DNA of 64,000 bases. Origin: Octopus sinensis. Its lineage: Eukaryota. A program made the position numbers and the translations under genes. Where the stretch lies: NCBI RefSeq assembly GCF_006345805.1, contig NC_043001.1, positions 133,796,001 through 133,860,000 of the forward strand. The letters are read 5' to 3'. The notes below the pieces were generated by a model. That model was not told the DNA's origin. It ran no database searches and saw nothing but the letters and a program-made list of their open reading frames with translations. The first letter of the stretch is position 1. Each line of letters starts with the position of its first letter. Positions 1-13,027 of this stretch are shown here, one piece after another.

Positions 1-166
1 TACGACAGGCTTCTTTCAGTTTCCGTCTACCAAATCCACTCACAAGGCTTTGGTCGGCCCGGGGCTATAGCAGAAGACACTTGCCCAAGATGCCACGCAG
101 TGGGACTGAACCCGGAACCATGTGGTTGGTTAGCAAGCTACTTACCACACAGCCACTCCTGCACCT
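1..166 (-). mobile_element. SINE family A (tRNA head, CORE-like cttgggcaagt), partial
   Basis: Matches the family A copies below. Confidence 0.85.
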
Positions 167-469
167 ATAGTGTACATGATATTCATTTTATATGTTAGGG
201 TAAAGACCCCCTTCAGTCATGTATGATCATGAGATTGCACCTAGAAAGTTCTGCTCCAAGGCACAAGTCCAGGTAAGGTTGTTATGGTTTCTATGACTTG
301 ATGTCCTTCCTAAAACCAGTAACATTACAGAGTGTAAGGGGTTTTTTTTACACAGCAGAGGCACTTGTAAGGTCATCAAGTAACTCGCAAGACAATAATT
401 AAATAAATTCTTGTTTGTTAAATATCTAAACAAATGTCATAACATTTGGTGGTGATGGGTATATATTCT

Positions 470-735
470 CATCATCATCATCATCATCGTTTAACGTCCG
501 TTTTCCGCGCTAGCATGGGTTGGACGGTTCGACCGGGGTCTGGGAAGCCAGGGGCTGCACCAGGCTCCAGTCTGGTCTGGCAGAGTTTCTACAGCTGGAT
601 GCCCTTCCTAACGCCAACCACTCCGCGAGTGTAGTGGGTGCTTTTTACGTGCCACCTGCACAGGTGCCAGTGGGGTCCGGCATCGGCCACGATCGGTTGG
701 AGCTTTTAACGTGCCACCGGCACGGAAGCCAGCCG
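470..735 (-). mobile_element. Repeat family C ((GAT)n-tailed, RTE 3'-UTR-like)
   Basis: ggaagggcatccagc...ccatgctagcatgg-like hairpin...gttaaac(gat)n. Confidence 0.85.
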
Positions 736-858
736 TATATATAAAATGCAACAGATGGTGAATGCTAATTGTCACATAAATTACTTCATCAAGAAAGACC
801 TGCAGATGTAAACAGTTTTATCAAACTTAAGAAGAAAATAAAAATACAATGTACTTAC

Positions 859-903
859 TTTCAGTTTCTCTTTCACATTTGTCATTTGATATAAAAGATC
901 ACC
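859..903 (-). CDS. WDR89: WDR89-like exon 9 (GDLLYQMTNVKEKLK); gene continues left of the window
   Basis: tttgtag acceptor, gtaagt donor, 45 nt open in phase 0. Confidence 0.75.
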
Positions 904-1052
904 CTACAAAATTGGATAGATAAGACAATTAAAAAAATTATTGTTTTATGACTTTTGTAGGAAGGGTAGAGAAAAATATATGGAAAAGGAAAGAAAGAGA
1001 AGGGGGGAGAGAGAGTGGGAGGAGGAGAGAGATATGAAAGTTAATACTCAAC

Positions 1053-1420
1053 ATCATCATCATCATCGTTTAACGTCCGTTCTCCATGCTAGTATGGGTT
1101 GGACGGTTCGACCAGGGATCTGGGAAGCCAGAAGGCTGCACTAGGCTCCGGTCTTATCTGGCAATGTTTCTACAGCTGGATGCCCTTCCTAACGCCAACC
1201 ACTCAGTGAGTGTAGTGGGTGCTTTTTACGTGCCAGGCGAGGCTGGCATCGGCCACGGTCGGATTGGTGCATTTTATGTGCCACCTGCACGGAAGCCAGT
1301 CGAGGCGGCGCTGGCATCGGCCACGATTTGGATGGTGCTTTTTACGTATCTCCATTCCAGGGGTCCTGGCATCTGCCGGGTGCCAGTCATAGGATTGGTT
1401 CAATTTCGAATCCTATTTCG
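1053..1420 (-). mobile_element. Repeat family C
   Basis: Match. Confidence 0.85.
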
Positions 1421-1538
1421 ATTTCACTTGACATAAGCAGGTAATGTCTCAATATATGGTTTAATACATGTCCTTAATACTACAAGTATTCAATATTGTA
1501 TATTTTCAAATTTGACACCAGTTAATATATCAATGTTT

Positions 1539-1760
1539 AAGGCGGCGAGCTGGCAGAAACGTTAGCACGCCGGGCGAAATGTGTAGCCATATTTCGTCTG
1601 TCGCTATGTTCTGAGTTCAAATTCCGCCGAGGTCGACTTTGCCTTTCATCCTTTCGGGGTCGATAAATTAAGTACCAGTTACGCACTGGGGTCGATGTAA
1701 TCAGCTTAATCTGTTTGTCCCCTCTGTGTTTAGCCCCTTGTGGGTAGTAAAGAAATAAAT
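1539..1760 (+). mobile_element. SINE family D (Meta/MESC-like central domain)
   Basis: ggcggcgagctggcaga head, gagttcaaattcc B box, gcctttcatcctttcggggtcgataaa..agtacc core. Confidence 0.85.
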
Positions 1761-1808
1761 ATATCAATGTCTTCAATACTGTGTTTTAATATCTGACATC
1801 AGTTACTA

Positions 1809-1949
1809 TAAGGTTGTCCCAAAAGTTTGTAGAAAGTCTTGGAAAATAATGGTCTTTATTTTGTGGAATAATTTTTGTTGTTTTTGTTAGTACTTGGCGA
1901 GTAAAAATTCAATTTTCGCAAGTGTTTACGAACTTTTGGGACAACCTAA
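1809..1949. mobile_element. Tc1/mariner-type MITE
   Basis: TIR aggttgtcccaaaagtt / aacttttgggacaacct with TA flanks. Confidence 0.8.
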
Positions 1950-2474
1950 TATATTAATGTAAATCTTCAATACTATGTTTGTTTCAGCTAACGGAGATTT
2001 GAACTCAATCCTGTCAATATCAACTTTGTCTTTCATCTTTTCTAAGTCAATATATTAAGTACCAGTCCAATGCAATGGATTGGTAGAATTGTTAGAGCAA
2101 CAGACAAGATGCCTGTGATATCTTTGCATTTTAAGTTCCAGCTCTCTGTGATCTGAGCTCAAATTCTCCACTTTACAAGAGTCCTGTCAACAGCAAAGTT
2201 ATTGTAGAATGCTAGCACTGAGTCCAATATAAAATGATTTTACCTATGAAACTCTAATCAACTCAAAAAATTAAAGTGACATGAATTCATAAAAGCCCTT
2301 GTACATCTACAAACTGCAGTAGGATTTATATTTCATTTCATTTTAGTTTCTGAAATATATACTTTTGTTTGACTCTAGAAATGTAATGGAACAGTCAGTT
2401 TTAGAGAGAAAAAGCAAGAGATTTAATTGGGGAGTAATTTAATGTATAATACATAATAAATAAAAATCGCTGAC

Positions 2475-2930
2475 AGTACCGCCTGATTGGCACTCCTGTC
2501 ACTGGAATGTTGAAAGCACTGTCCAAGTGCGACCATTGCCAGGGCCGCTGACTGGCTCCCATTCTGGTGGCATGTAAATAGCACCATTCGAGCGTGATCG
2601 TTGCCAGTATCACCTTACTGGCACATGTGCCGGTGGCATGTGAAAAACAACATTCGAGCATGGTCGTTGCCAGTGCCACCAGACTGGCTCCCATGCAGGT
2701 GGCACATAAAAAGCACCTTTTGAGTGTGATCATTGCCAGTACCGCCTGACTGGTCCTCGTGCCGGTGGCATGTAAAAGCACCCACTACACTCTCAGAGTG
2801 GTTGGCATTAGGAAGGGCATCCAGCTATAGAAGTTTTGCTTGATCAGATTGGAGCCTGGTGCAGCCTTCTGGCTCGACAGTCCTCAGTCAAACCAGCATG
2901 GAAAGCAGACGTTAAACGACAACGACGACG
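2475..2930 (+). mobile_element. Repeat family C, diverged with extra subrepeats
   Basis: About 5 copies of the ggtggcatgtaaaagcac subunit. Confidence 0.8.
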
Positions 2931-3015
2931 GAGGAGGAGGAGAAGAAGAAGCAGCAGTAGTAGTAGTTATTTGACAGAAAAATGTAAATCTGAATAGAGG
3001 ATTTATAATGTTTAC

Positions 3016-3102
3016 CTCTGTGGAATCCCATACATGGAATGTATCTACATGAGTTGTACAATATATTTGGTCATAGTTAGGAGAACACCAACCAACAAAT
3101 GC
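3016..3102 (-). CDS. WDR89: WDR89-like exon 8 (AFVGWCSPNYDQIYCTTHVDTFHVWDSTE)
   Basis: GW...Y.QIYC.TH...WD matches WDR89; GT-AG; 87 nt phase 0. Confidence 0.93.
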
Positions 3103-3274
3103 CTGAAAATGAATAGAAAAAAAACCCATTAATTTTTAGCTAGATTTAAAAAAGTTTTAATCATACATCATTGAAATTAGATTGATCGTTTCTAACTTTG
3201 TAACCAAGTTGTCGTTTAGAACAAGATCAACACTGAATAAGCAGACAAAGATTTAAAGGTGTTCCAGTAGTGAA

Positions 3275-3689
3275 TACTCTTACTCTTTTACTTGTTTCAG
3301 TCATTTGACTGCGGCCATGCTGGAGCACCGCCTTTAGTCGAGCAAATCGATCCCGGGACTTATTCTTTGTAAGCCCAGTACTTATTCTATCGGTCTCTTT
3401 TGCCGAACCGCTAAGTGACGGGGACGTAAACACACCAGCATCGGTTGTCAAGCAATGCTAGGGGGACAAACACAGACACACAAACATATACACACACACT
3501 TATATATATATATATATACATATATACGACAGGCTTCTTTCAGTTTCCGTTTACCAAATCCACTCACAAGGCATTGGTCGGCCCGGGGCTATAGCAGAAG
3601 ACACTTGCCCAAGATGCCACGCAGTGGGACTGAACCCGGAACCATGTGGTTGGTTAGCAAGCTACTTACCACACAGCCACTCCTGCCCT
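3275..3689 (-). mobile_element. SINE family A
   Basis: Head ggagtggctgtgtggtaag...gggttcagtccc, central (TA/CA)n, (AAGAGT)n tail; more than 10 near-identical copies in the window. Confidence 0.9.
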
Positions 3690-3902
3690 ATTTTTTTTTT
3701 TTTTTGCAAACATAATATCTTTACATTTCCATTATTCAACAAAACAGTAAGATGTGATTTGGGAATATTTAGCTGCTGTTTCTAACAAGCCAGGTGACCA
3801 TATAGAGTGTTCCTTGTTGATTTTGCTGTTGTTTGGTGGCATCAACCGAAATAAGATCAAAAATATCAACGAGGGTAGTATAATAAGCGGTGATAATATT
3901 AA

Positions 3903-4123
3903 CCCTTTCGTTACCAACCCGGCCAAAACCGGCTCTGGCTCTGTAGTACAAATGTCTTTTTTTCATAAGTTTTGCATCAAAATATACCACCAAACTTTAG
4001 TCGCAATTTATATTCCTAATACTAGCTTAATGATAACTAAGTTATTTTACTAAATTCTTTGTTATATTTAAAATAATTGAAAGAAACACAGAGCATCTCA
4101 AAATAAATACGGTAACGAAAGGG
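3903..4123. mobile_element. piggyBac-like MITE
   Basis: TTAA-ccctttcgttacc ... ggtaacgaaaggg-TTAA. Confidence 0.88.
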
Positions 4124-4272
4124 TTAATAGAGAAGTGACTCCAGTTAAAGACTAGTGACAGATTTCATTTACAAAGTACTTCTAATTAGCACAAGAACAC
4201 ACATGTATGTGTGTCTATGAAATCAGAGTATGCGATAATACATATAAATATATAGATATATATTATGACACA

Positions 4273-4479
4273 TGGAGGCGCAATGGCCTAGTTGTTAGGG
4301 CAGCGGACTCGCAGTCGCAGGATCGCGGTTTCGATTTCCAGACCGGGCGTTGTGCGTGTTTATTGAGTGAAAACACCTAAAAGCTCCACGAGGCTCCGGC
4401 AGGGGGTGGTGATCCCTGCTGTACTCTTTCACCACTCTTTCTTCTGTTGGCCTGCTCGCTTAGCCAGCGGGGTGGCGTC
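4273..4479 (+). mobile_element. SINE family B, shortened variant
   Basis: tRNA-like head ggaggcgcaatggcc.agt.gtt; flanked by attatgacacat direct repeats. Confidence 0.8.
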
Positions 4480-4692
4480 ACGTAATTATGACACATATAC
4501 AGCAATAGAATGTGCATTAAGTGCTACAAGTGTCAGGTGGACATTAACGAAATACAGAGAAGCGGGTAAGGAACATTTCCTTTCAAATACACATTGCATC
4601 ACTTACAATGAGTATTCACTTGTTAAAAAAATCTAACGTGGTTTCTAAGGAATATATCATGTATTGTTGAAAATATTAATATCATTACATAC

Positions 4693-4824
4693 CACAGAAG
4701 AAAGTGAATTCATAGTTAATAGTAAGGAATTCTCCTCTGTATCTTCTGCTAAGTCAAATTTGCAAACCAAGCCATCTGTAGAGCCACTTGCCAATAGATT
4801 TTCATTGGTTGGATGAAATGATAC
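4693..4824 (-). CDS. WDR89: WDR89-like exon 7 (VSFHPTNENLLASGSTDGLVCKFDLAEDTEENSLLLTMNSLSSV)
   Basis: V.FHP....LASGSTDGLV..FD...EE.L..T.NS.SSV matches WDR89; tttcag acceptor, gtatgt donor; 132 nt. Confidence 0.95.
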
Positions 4825-4895
4825 CTGAAAGGTGAGAATATTGACAATTTAATTTAGAATAAGAAATATTGTAGACATCAGAATTTTTATAAATA

Positions 4896-5793
4896 TTGGG
4901 TTATCCTGTAAATAATGTGGTTTTTTTCAATTGCAATTTCAATTGGAGGTGGACAGGATAAACTACCTGCATCAACTTCCAAAAGCAGGTAGTAATTTTA
5001 CCTTGTACTTATTCTTAGTGCAAGATCTGAAGAGTGCAGTTCAATTTCAACAGTTATTTTTTCAAAGATATAATGGAAGTAACAATGGAGCATATTTTGC
5101 TTTATGAGTTCAATAAAGGCAACAACACAACAGAAAGTGTGAGGAATATTAATGCAGTATATGGGGATTGGACAATAAGCATTAAGCCAGTGTCAATGGT
5201 GGTTCCAGAAATTCCAAACCAGAAACTGCAGCCTAGAAGATGAGCCTCATCCTGGAACATCTATAGAACTTGACGAGGATGTCCTGCAAACCATGGTGGA
5301 ACAAAATCCCAGCGTAACTATTGAGGAACTAGCAGAGAAGCTTGGATTTGGTCATTCAACCATTCATCAACACCTGCATGCCACTAGAAAAGTCAGCAAA
5401 TTGGGTCAATGGGTTCCTCACAAACTTTCTGAGTTTAATCGCATACAGAGAGTGAATGTGCAGTCTTCTTTGCTGTCACATCTATGAATGAACCTTTTTT
5501 GGACTGAATAGTGACTGGTGACGAGAAATGGGTTCTCAATAAAAGTGCCAAGAACCAAAGACAGTGTGTAGGGAAAAGAGAAACACTGGCACCCCAGGCT
5601 AAAGGCCTTCACCCACGTATGGTGTTGTTATCTGTTAGGTGGGATACAAAAAGTTTAGTCCACTTTGAACTTTTAAACTCAAACCAAACGATAACAAATG
5701 GGGATCTTTAGATTAAAAAAAGAACTTTGTTTATCTTAATTTTGAAAAATAAAAGAAGTATTAAAAAACTGCATTATTTACGAGATGACCCAA
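4896..5793 (+). mobile_element. Internally deleted mariner (Tc1/mariner) element
   Basis: About 30-bp TIRs ttgggttatcc..taaataatg / cattattta..atgacccaa with TA on both sides. Relic ORF has HILLYEF, WVPHKLS, TGDEKW. Confidence 0.92.
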
Positions 5794-6132
5794 TATAACA
5801 GAAGTTCATTAAATAAGAACATTTTCACTTGTTTCTTAAAAAAAAAATCTTACCCACATTATCAAATACAAAGCAGAGTAACAGTAATAGAGTGGTTCAA
5901 AATGGAAAAAAAATTCCTATGATTAGCTGTTAAATAAACCATTAAAAAATAACTAGTGGTTAGGTGTTAAATAAACCCTTAGAAACAACCAGTGATTGAC
6001 CTGTTGGTAAAATATAACCAACAGTGCTTTGTTCACAAAGTACCTGATATAAAGTAAAATAAAGTCTTCAAGTAACAAGTAAAGAAATGTAAAGATAACG
6101 TTAATAGATGAGAAAAATTGATCATTACAAAC

Positions 6133-6196
6133 CTGTGTTATGTCGTCCATGTGGGAATCTGTGAAATCTGTGAGTAATACATTTTGCCTTCTATCC
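6133..6196 (-). CDS. WDR89: WDR89-like exon 6 (DRRQNVLLTDFTDSHMDDITQ)
   Basis: SHxDDITQ is the WDR89 signature (HSDDVTQ in vertebrates); GT-AG; 64 nt. Confidence 0.93.
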
Positions 6197-6339
6197 CTGG
6201 AAAATATACAAAATGTTTACATTGAATTGTGGAGCAGTTGAAGGTACACTGTCAAAAAACTTCTAAATCCCCTTAAAAACTTTCTCAACTTTACTGAAGA
6301 TTTGTGCATTTCAGAAGCAGATGTGATGAAATGTGGATG

Positions 6340-6726
6340 CAGGCACAGCTCTGTGATTAAGACACTCACTTTGAAACTGCATGGTTTCAGGATCAGTCCC
6401 ACTGCACAGCACCTTGGACAAGTGTCTTTACTATAGTACCATGCTGACTAATGCCTTGCATGTGAATTTGCTAGACAGAAACCATGTAGAAGCCCATCAT
6501 AAGTATGTGTCTTTGTGTCTGTTTATTCCCCCCCACCCCCACCACTTGACAATTGGTGTGGGTTTGTTTACATCCCTGAAATGAGTGGTTCAGCATAAGA
6601 GATTCATAGAATAAGTACCAGATTTTTAAAAAGTACGTAGTGGGTTTATTTTGTTCAACTAAAAACCTTTAATGCAGGACCCCAGCATGGCTGCAGTCCA
6701 ATGACTGAGACAAGTAAAAGATAGAT
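6340..6726 (+). mobile_element. SINE family A, diverged
   Basis: Degenerate match to family A. Confidence 0.65.
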
Positions 6727-7006
6727 AATGTACTACACATGCTCAGCCTGGTACCTCAAACAAACCAAGGAAATGGAAACATAAAAATATTACACAATAA
6801 CATCCATATTTTTCAGATAGTATAGGCAGAAAGTTTTTTCAGTCGCTCACTTAAGGATGTGCTTTTTGTTAACCATTCCGCTTGGAGTAGAGAATAGATT
6901 GTTTAGACAATGAAGAAAACTAGAATTTAATTTATATTTTAATGCCTGTTAGAAAGCTGCTGCTGGTGAACAGGATTCTAACTGTAAAATCTGAGGAGGA
7001 GGAGGA

Positions 7007-7390
7007 GGAAGCACTCCGTCGGTTACGACGACGAGTGTTCCGGTTGATCCGATCAACCGGAACAGCCTGCTCGTGAAATTAACGTGTAAGTGGCTGAGCA
7101 CTCCACAGACATGTGTGCCCTTAACGTAGTTCTCGGGGATATTCAGCGTGACACAGAGAGTGACAAGGCCGGCCCTTTGAAATACAGGTACAACAGAAAC
7201 AGGAAGTAAGAGTGAGAGAAAGTTGTGGTAAAAGAGTACAGCAGGGATCACCACCGTCCCCTGCCGGAGCCTCGTGGAACTTTTAGGTGTTTTCGCTCAA
7301 TAAACACTCACAACGCCCGGTCTGGGAATCGAAACCGCAATCCTACGACCGCGAGTCCACTACCCTAACCACTGGGCCATTGCGCCTCCA
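7007..7390 (-). mobile_element. SINE family B (tRNA-like head)
   Basis: A box tggcccagtgg, B box ggtttcgattcc, about 380 bp; flanking repeat gtgaacaggattctaact. Confidence 0.9.
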
Positions 7391-7617
7391 ATCTATTAAC
7401 AGTGTGAACAGGATTCTAACTAAAAGCCATGTAACTGAGAAAAAAAAAAACTAAATAGTACTGAATTTATAAACTAACTGGAAGCACTTAAGTTTTTAAA
7501 AAAATTTAGATGAAAACCATTATTCTCAACTTGCTTAATTTTTAATTTGTCCTTACATTTCTTTAATTATTATTTGATAAATTCACAAGAAAGATCATAT
7601 CCATGAAGATAGCTTAC

Positions 7618-7717
7618 CAAATTTTTAACTCAACTTCTTTCTCAACTGATTCTGTTCCAGCTGCTATCTTGGAATCAGAGCTATTGATATCCAAACATAA
7701 AAGACATTTATCACAAC
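7618..7717 (-). CDS. WDR89: WDR89-like exon 5 (GCDKCLLCLDINSSDSKIAAGTESVEKEVELKIW)
   Basis: DIN...AGTE...W motif typical of WDR89; ttttcag acceptor, gtaagc donor; 100 nt. Confidence 0.92.
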
Positions 7718-8268
7718 CTGAAAATTAAATTTGTATCAAATTAAAATTCCAAAAGCCTATGGCACAAGTAATTATGGTAACAACAGCAATAAAATTACAA
7801 CGTTATTACAGAGACATTGTAACCATTAAAAACACATATATTCATGTTAACTGATGGAGATATTAAAGTCTTTGAAAAAAACTGCACTTGATCTCAGATA
7901 CATTGTATCTCAGTGAACGACTACGACAATTCTATCATAATGTAATTAGTTTAATAAAAGAATAAATAGCTATAATATTATTCTAAGATATGAATAAAAT
8001 GAATAAAATTGAAAGATAGTACATATTTGATCAGATAATTCACATACTAGCGAACAGTTCACATTGTTTATTAAACTGTTAACCCACAGTTCAAACTGTT
8101 AGATAAACAGTTAATCCACAGTTCAAGATGTAAATTAGTCATTCTGCAATTCAAACGGTTAATCTAGAGTTCACATTGTTAATCTACAATTATACAGTTA
8201 CTCTACAATTCAATTATACAGAGATTCTACAATTCAAACTGATATATAAACAGTTAATCAAGAATTCA

Positions 8269-8549
8269 ATCATCATCATCATCATCGTTTAACGTCCATT
8301 TTCCGCGATAGCACGGGTTGGACGGTTCGACCGGGGTCTGGGGAGCCAGGGGCTGCTCCAGGCTCCAGTCTGATCTGGCAGTGTTTCTACAGCTGGATGC
8401 CCTTCCTAACGCCAACCACTCCACGAGTGTAGTGGGTGACTTTTACGTGCCACCTGCACAGGTGCCAGAGGGGTCTGGCATCGGCCACGATCGGTTGGTG
8501 CTTTTTATGTGCCACCGGCACAGAAGCCAGTCAAGGCGGTGCTGGCATC
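8269..8549 (-). mobile_element. Repeat family C
   Basis: Match. Confidence 0.85.
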
Positions 8550-8739
8550 TGTTATAGAAACAGTTAATCTAAAAATCAAACTGTCATAAGACAAGTAATT
8601 AGGCTATCAATTCCTGAACATTGAAATGAAATTCAAATTGAATGAGAGAATAAATAATAGCACCATCAAAGTTTCTACACTGAGCCTCAGTTTAGTGATG
8701 TCATACATTGATTAGTAATTAAGTTAATACTCTTAGTAC

Positions 8740-9152
8740 TTATTTCTTCATTGCCCACAAGGGGCTAAACATAGAGGGGACAAACAAGGACAAACAAAGG
8801 GATTAAGTCAATTACATAAACCCCAGTGCATAACTGGTACTTATTTAATCGACCCGAAAGGATGAAAGCAAAGTCGACCTCAGTGGAATTTGAACTCCGA
8901 ACATAGCTGCAGACGAAATACCTATTTCTTTATTACCCACAAGGGGCTAAACATAGAGGGGACAAACAAGGACAGACATAGGTATTAAGTCGATTACATC
9001 GACCCCAGTGCGTAACAGGTACTTATTTAATCGATCCAAAAGGATGAAAGCAAAGTCGACCTCGGTGGAATTTGAACTCAGAACGTAGCAGCAGAAGAAA
9101 TACTGCTAAGCATTTCGCCCGGCGCACTAACAATTCTGCCAGCTCGCCACCT
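8740..9152 (-). mobile_element. SINE family D, partial tandem dimer
   Basis: Two consecutive bodies, one head. Confidence 0.85.
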
Positions 9153-9446
9153 TAGTACTACCAACTGTAGATACATATAATTGATTACTGGATACTGGTA
9201 TTTATTTTATCAACCCTAATGAGATAAAAGAAAAATTAAGACAACCCCAGCTGAAAGAGAATTGAGAATAATAGGATAACAAGTATAACATAACAATAGG
9301 AAGATGTGAACAAATATAATGTTTGAAATATCAAATAGCTAACTAGAAAGATGCAATGAGAAACCAACAATACTAAGTTGTGGTCTCATATCATTCTAAG
9401 TCTTTTGAAAAGCATGGGAGTTAACTTTGAACCTGTTTGAGCTTAA

Positions 9447-9666
9447 CCCTTTAGTATTCAGATTACTCTGTCAAATGTAAAGCCTGTTTAATTACATTGT
9501 TTTAAATTAATTGTACAGCATCTTGTAACTCTGAGATTTTGATGATGTCCCTGTTTATTTTTAGAATGACTTTGTAGGGTAGGTGTGAGAGGTCAGAGCT
9601 AGCTGGTTTGAGCATAAAAAAGGAAGGCAATTTTGGCCTGATATGGCTGGTTTAAACACTAAAGGG
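9447..9666. mobile_element. piggyBac-like MITE
   Basis: TTAA-ccctttagt ... actaaaggg-TTAA. Confidence 0.82.
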
Positions 9667-9844
9667 TTAAAAGACTTCATCAGTGAATTATAGTGCCTAC
9701 AGTACTTGCTAAGCATGGCATTGAGAGAACACTAAGTAAATGTACAAGAAGTATACTTGTTGAAGAAGAGTAAGTTTGTCGTCCCACTATCTTCAATATC
9801 TCCATCAGCCTCAGTCAATGATAAATAATAAAGTTATAAATTAC

Positions 9845-9894
9845 CAGCGAATTCTTGAGCAGGTTTTTTGAAATCTGTCCGTATGTCCCAACAC
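9845..9894 (-). CDS. WDR89: WDR89-like exon 4 (CWDIRTDFKKPAQEFA)
   Basis: Completes the WD repeat (WDIR); ttccag acceptor, gtaat donor; 50 nt in phase. Confidence 0.9.
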
Positions 9895-10375
9895 CTGGAA
9901 AAAAATTGGTCATTAGTGCTTGATATTAAATACTAGATTTACATTTATGTATTAGATTCTAACACTGTTAATGTAAATATTGCTATACATTATAGTAAAT
10001 GTTATTAAACATAAAAGCAAATGTTATCATATATTATAATCACCAACTTGAGGGAGACAAAAAGAAACAAAGTCTACTGCCAGGATGTGAACTTGGCAGA
10101 CTGGTGAATGGCTGACACTCTGGATTCAGTCTATAATCATAGTGCTTCCCATAAAAGGCAATTTCCATTTATGCCAGAATAACTGAACCGTCAGCAAGAT
10201 CAATCGTGCAAGCAACGTAATGCTCAGTATCATATTGAAAATACTGAGATCTTAGACAGAAGATATTACAGTCAAGAAGCAAGTTGGCTCACATAAAAAT
10301 AAAAGCAATACTGAGGGGTTTTGAACCTCCACACCACCTGCAAGAAATACTTTTGACAACAAAGAGAATCCATAT

Positions 10376-10594
10376 CAGTGGTTTTCAACCAGGGTTCAGC
10401 GGAACCTTGGGGTTCTGCCAGTACAGTCCATGGGTTCCGCAAGAAGTTACAAAAATGCTAAAATCGACAATAATTTTTAATTCTCCTGTGCAGATATGTG
10501 TGCATAAAACAATTAAATTATTGCACAGGGGTTCCTCAAGCCAGTGGAATGTTTCCTTGGGGTTCCGCTTCAGCAAAAAGTTTGAAAAGCACTG
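10376..10594. mobile_element. hAT-type MITE
   Basis: cagtggttttcaa / ttgaaaagcactg termini with a perfect 8-bp TSD atccatat. Confidence 0.9.
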
Positions 10595-10934
10595 ATCCAT
10601 ATGTTTTCATAGACTTCAGGAGGATGTTAGATAGAATCTGCCATGATGTTTTGTGGACCACCATAAGGAAATTTAATGCAGAGCAAAAGCTGATTCATAC
10701 TATTCAAAAGCTTTGCACTAAAGCAACTTGGTGTACTTGTACAAGTTCCTTGTCTTTCCACATTTTTTCCAGCAAACACTGAGATCAGACATCAGCCATA
10801 TGATGTTGTTGTTGTTCTTACCAATCTGGGAAGGTGATGGACACAGTCCCTCATCTCCTGGCTAACTTATATAAAACAACTATCTGAGGAGTAGGACAGA
10901 GAGAGAGAGAGAAAACAAAAATATAATGAGAATA

Positions 10935-11190
10935 TCATCATCATCATTTAGCGTCCGTTTTCCACGCGAGTGTAGTGGGTGCTTTTTACGTGCCACCCGC
11001 ACAGGTGCCAGACGGAGCTGGCAAACGGCCACGAACAGATGGTGCTTTTACATGCCACCGGCACGGGGGCCAGGCGAGGCTGGCAACGGCCACGAACAGA
11101 TAGTACTTTTTACGTGCCACCAGCATGGGGGCCAGGCGAGGCTGGCAATGGCCACGAACGGATGGTGCTTTTTACGTGTCACCGGCACGG
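10935..11190 (-). mobile_element. Repeat family C, internally deleted with amplified subunits
   Basis: About 4 tandem subunits of about 60 bp. Confidence 0.8.
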
Positions 11191-11324
11191 ATAATATAGA
11201 CAAAATAAAACTATTTACAAAGATTTGGAAACCTACAAGAAAAACTTACTGTCTACAAATCTATTTACTAATGACATACCTAAATGTCAATTTCTTTAAT
11301 TATAAAAGCAAATGTTGAGTTTAC

Positions 11325-11409
11325 CTGATCGAACCATCCCAAGATGAAGAAAATAATAGATGTGTGTCATTGTGGGCAAATTTTATTCCTGATATAACAT
11401 TCTTGTGTG
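11325..11409 (-). CDS. WDR89: WDR89-like exon 3 (AHKNVISGIKFAHNDTHLLFSSSWDGSIR)
   Basis: WD40 motif H..I.GIKF..LFSSSWDGSIR; GT-AG; 85 nt in phase. Confidence 0.92.
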
Positions 11410-11884
11410 CTAAAATACAGTGAAAATCACAAAATTGAGACACTAAATACAATAAATGTCATAGTTTGTATTTTGATTGTCATTCAACATACGTATTCAA
11501 TTCATTAATACATCTGGATTAATTTAGATAACACATAATTACATATAGACAGTTAGAAGAAGATAATTATATACAGGTAGTTACTTATAGATAATAGATA
11601 ATTACAAGCAATAAATAATTCTTATTGCATAATTTTCTGGTGGTTTTTGTACATTAATTGATTAATCATGCTTATTACACCCAACAGGATATTGACATTT
11701 TTGTGGGATTAAGAAGTTTACACTGTAACCACATGGTTTTGTGATCAATCATGCTGAACATTCCCTTGGGTAAGTGTCTTCTATCATATCTCCAGTTGAC
11801 CAATTCCTTGTGAGAGAAATTTAGTAGAGAGGAGCTAAGAGAAATCCACTGTGTATGCGTATGTATATGTTTCTTCTGTATTTT

Positions 11885-12410
11885 ACCTTTTACATTTTTC
11901 AGTCATTCTACTGGACAGCGAACATGCTGAGGCATTGCCTTGAAGGATTTTAGTTGAATGAATTCAACCCCAGTACTTTATCTTTTAAGCCCTGGCACCT
12001 CTTCTACTGTTCTCTTTTGTAGAACTGCTAAGTTACAGGGGCATAAACAATGCAGCACCAGTTGTCACATGGTGGTGGGGGACAAACACACACACACACA
12101 CACATACGCTTCTTTCAGTTTCTGTCTACCAAATACACTCACAAGGCTTTGGTCAGCTGGCACTATAGAAAAAGACACTTGCCCTAAGTGCCACTGAACC
12201 AGAAACAAAGTGGTTAGAAAGCAAATTTTTTTACTATACAGCCACACCTGCACAGGCATGGCTGTGTGGTTGACAAGTTTGCTTCCTAATCACATTGTTT
12301 CAGATTCTGTCCCCTTCTGCAACACCTTGGACAAGTGGCATCTCCAGCTATAGCCATAGGCCAACCAAAGCCTTGAGAGTGGATTTGGTAGAAGGAAATG
12401 TGTGTGTGTG
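11885..12410. mobile_element. Two diverged family A SINEs, head to head
   Basis: Minus copy to about 12255, plus copy from about 12255. Confidence 0.65.
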
Positions 12411-12496
12411 ATACATATGTATGTATGTGCACATGCGTATGTGTTTATGTGAGAGCTTATTTATTCAAATATAGCTATTGTTAGTTCTTCTGCCAG

Positions 12497-12880
12497 TGGA
12501 GGCGCAATGGCCCAGTGGTTAGGGCAGCGGACTCGCGGTCATAGGATCGCGGTTTCGATTCCCAGACCGGGCGTTGTGAGTGTTTATTGAGCGAAAACAC
12601 CTAAAAAGCTCCACGAGGCTCCGGCAGGGGATGGTGGTGATCCCTGCTGTACTCTTTCACTACAACTTTCTCTCACTCTTACTTCCTGTTTCTGTTGTAC
12701 CTGTATTTCAAAGGGCCGGCCTTGTCACTCTCTGTGTCACGCTGAATATCCCCGAGAACTACGTTAAGGGTACACGTGTCTGTGGAGTGCTCAGCCACTT
12801 ACACGTTAATTTCACGAGCAGGCTGTTCCGTTGATCGGATCAACCGGGACCCTCGTCGTTGTAACCGACGGAGTGCTTCC
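12497..12880 (+). mobile_element. SINE family B
   Basis: Full-length; TSD-like gttcttctgcc. Confidence 0.9.
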
Positions 12881-13027
12881 ATATGTTCTTCTGCCTATAA
12901 CTTGTCCATTTGCATCAGACTTTTGAAGCAATGTGGAATAAGAGACCTCTTGAAAAATCACTAAGAGTTAGTGTCAGAAAAGGTATTCAGCTGTAAAACA
13001 ATGCCTCAGTACCATATTCGTCTAACC

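Noticed and set aside
520-1436. Recurrent ORFs such as [12 protein letters not shown] and RGYSRRHLPK
   Set aside because: They arise from repeat families C and A in many copies with inconsistent frames.
2244-2313. AG/GT-bounded segment as an extra WDR89 exon
   Set aside because: It has an in-frame stop, and exons 8 and 9 join in phase without it.
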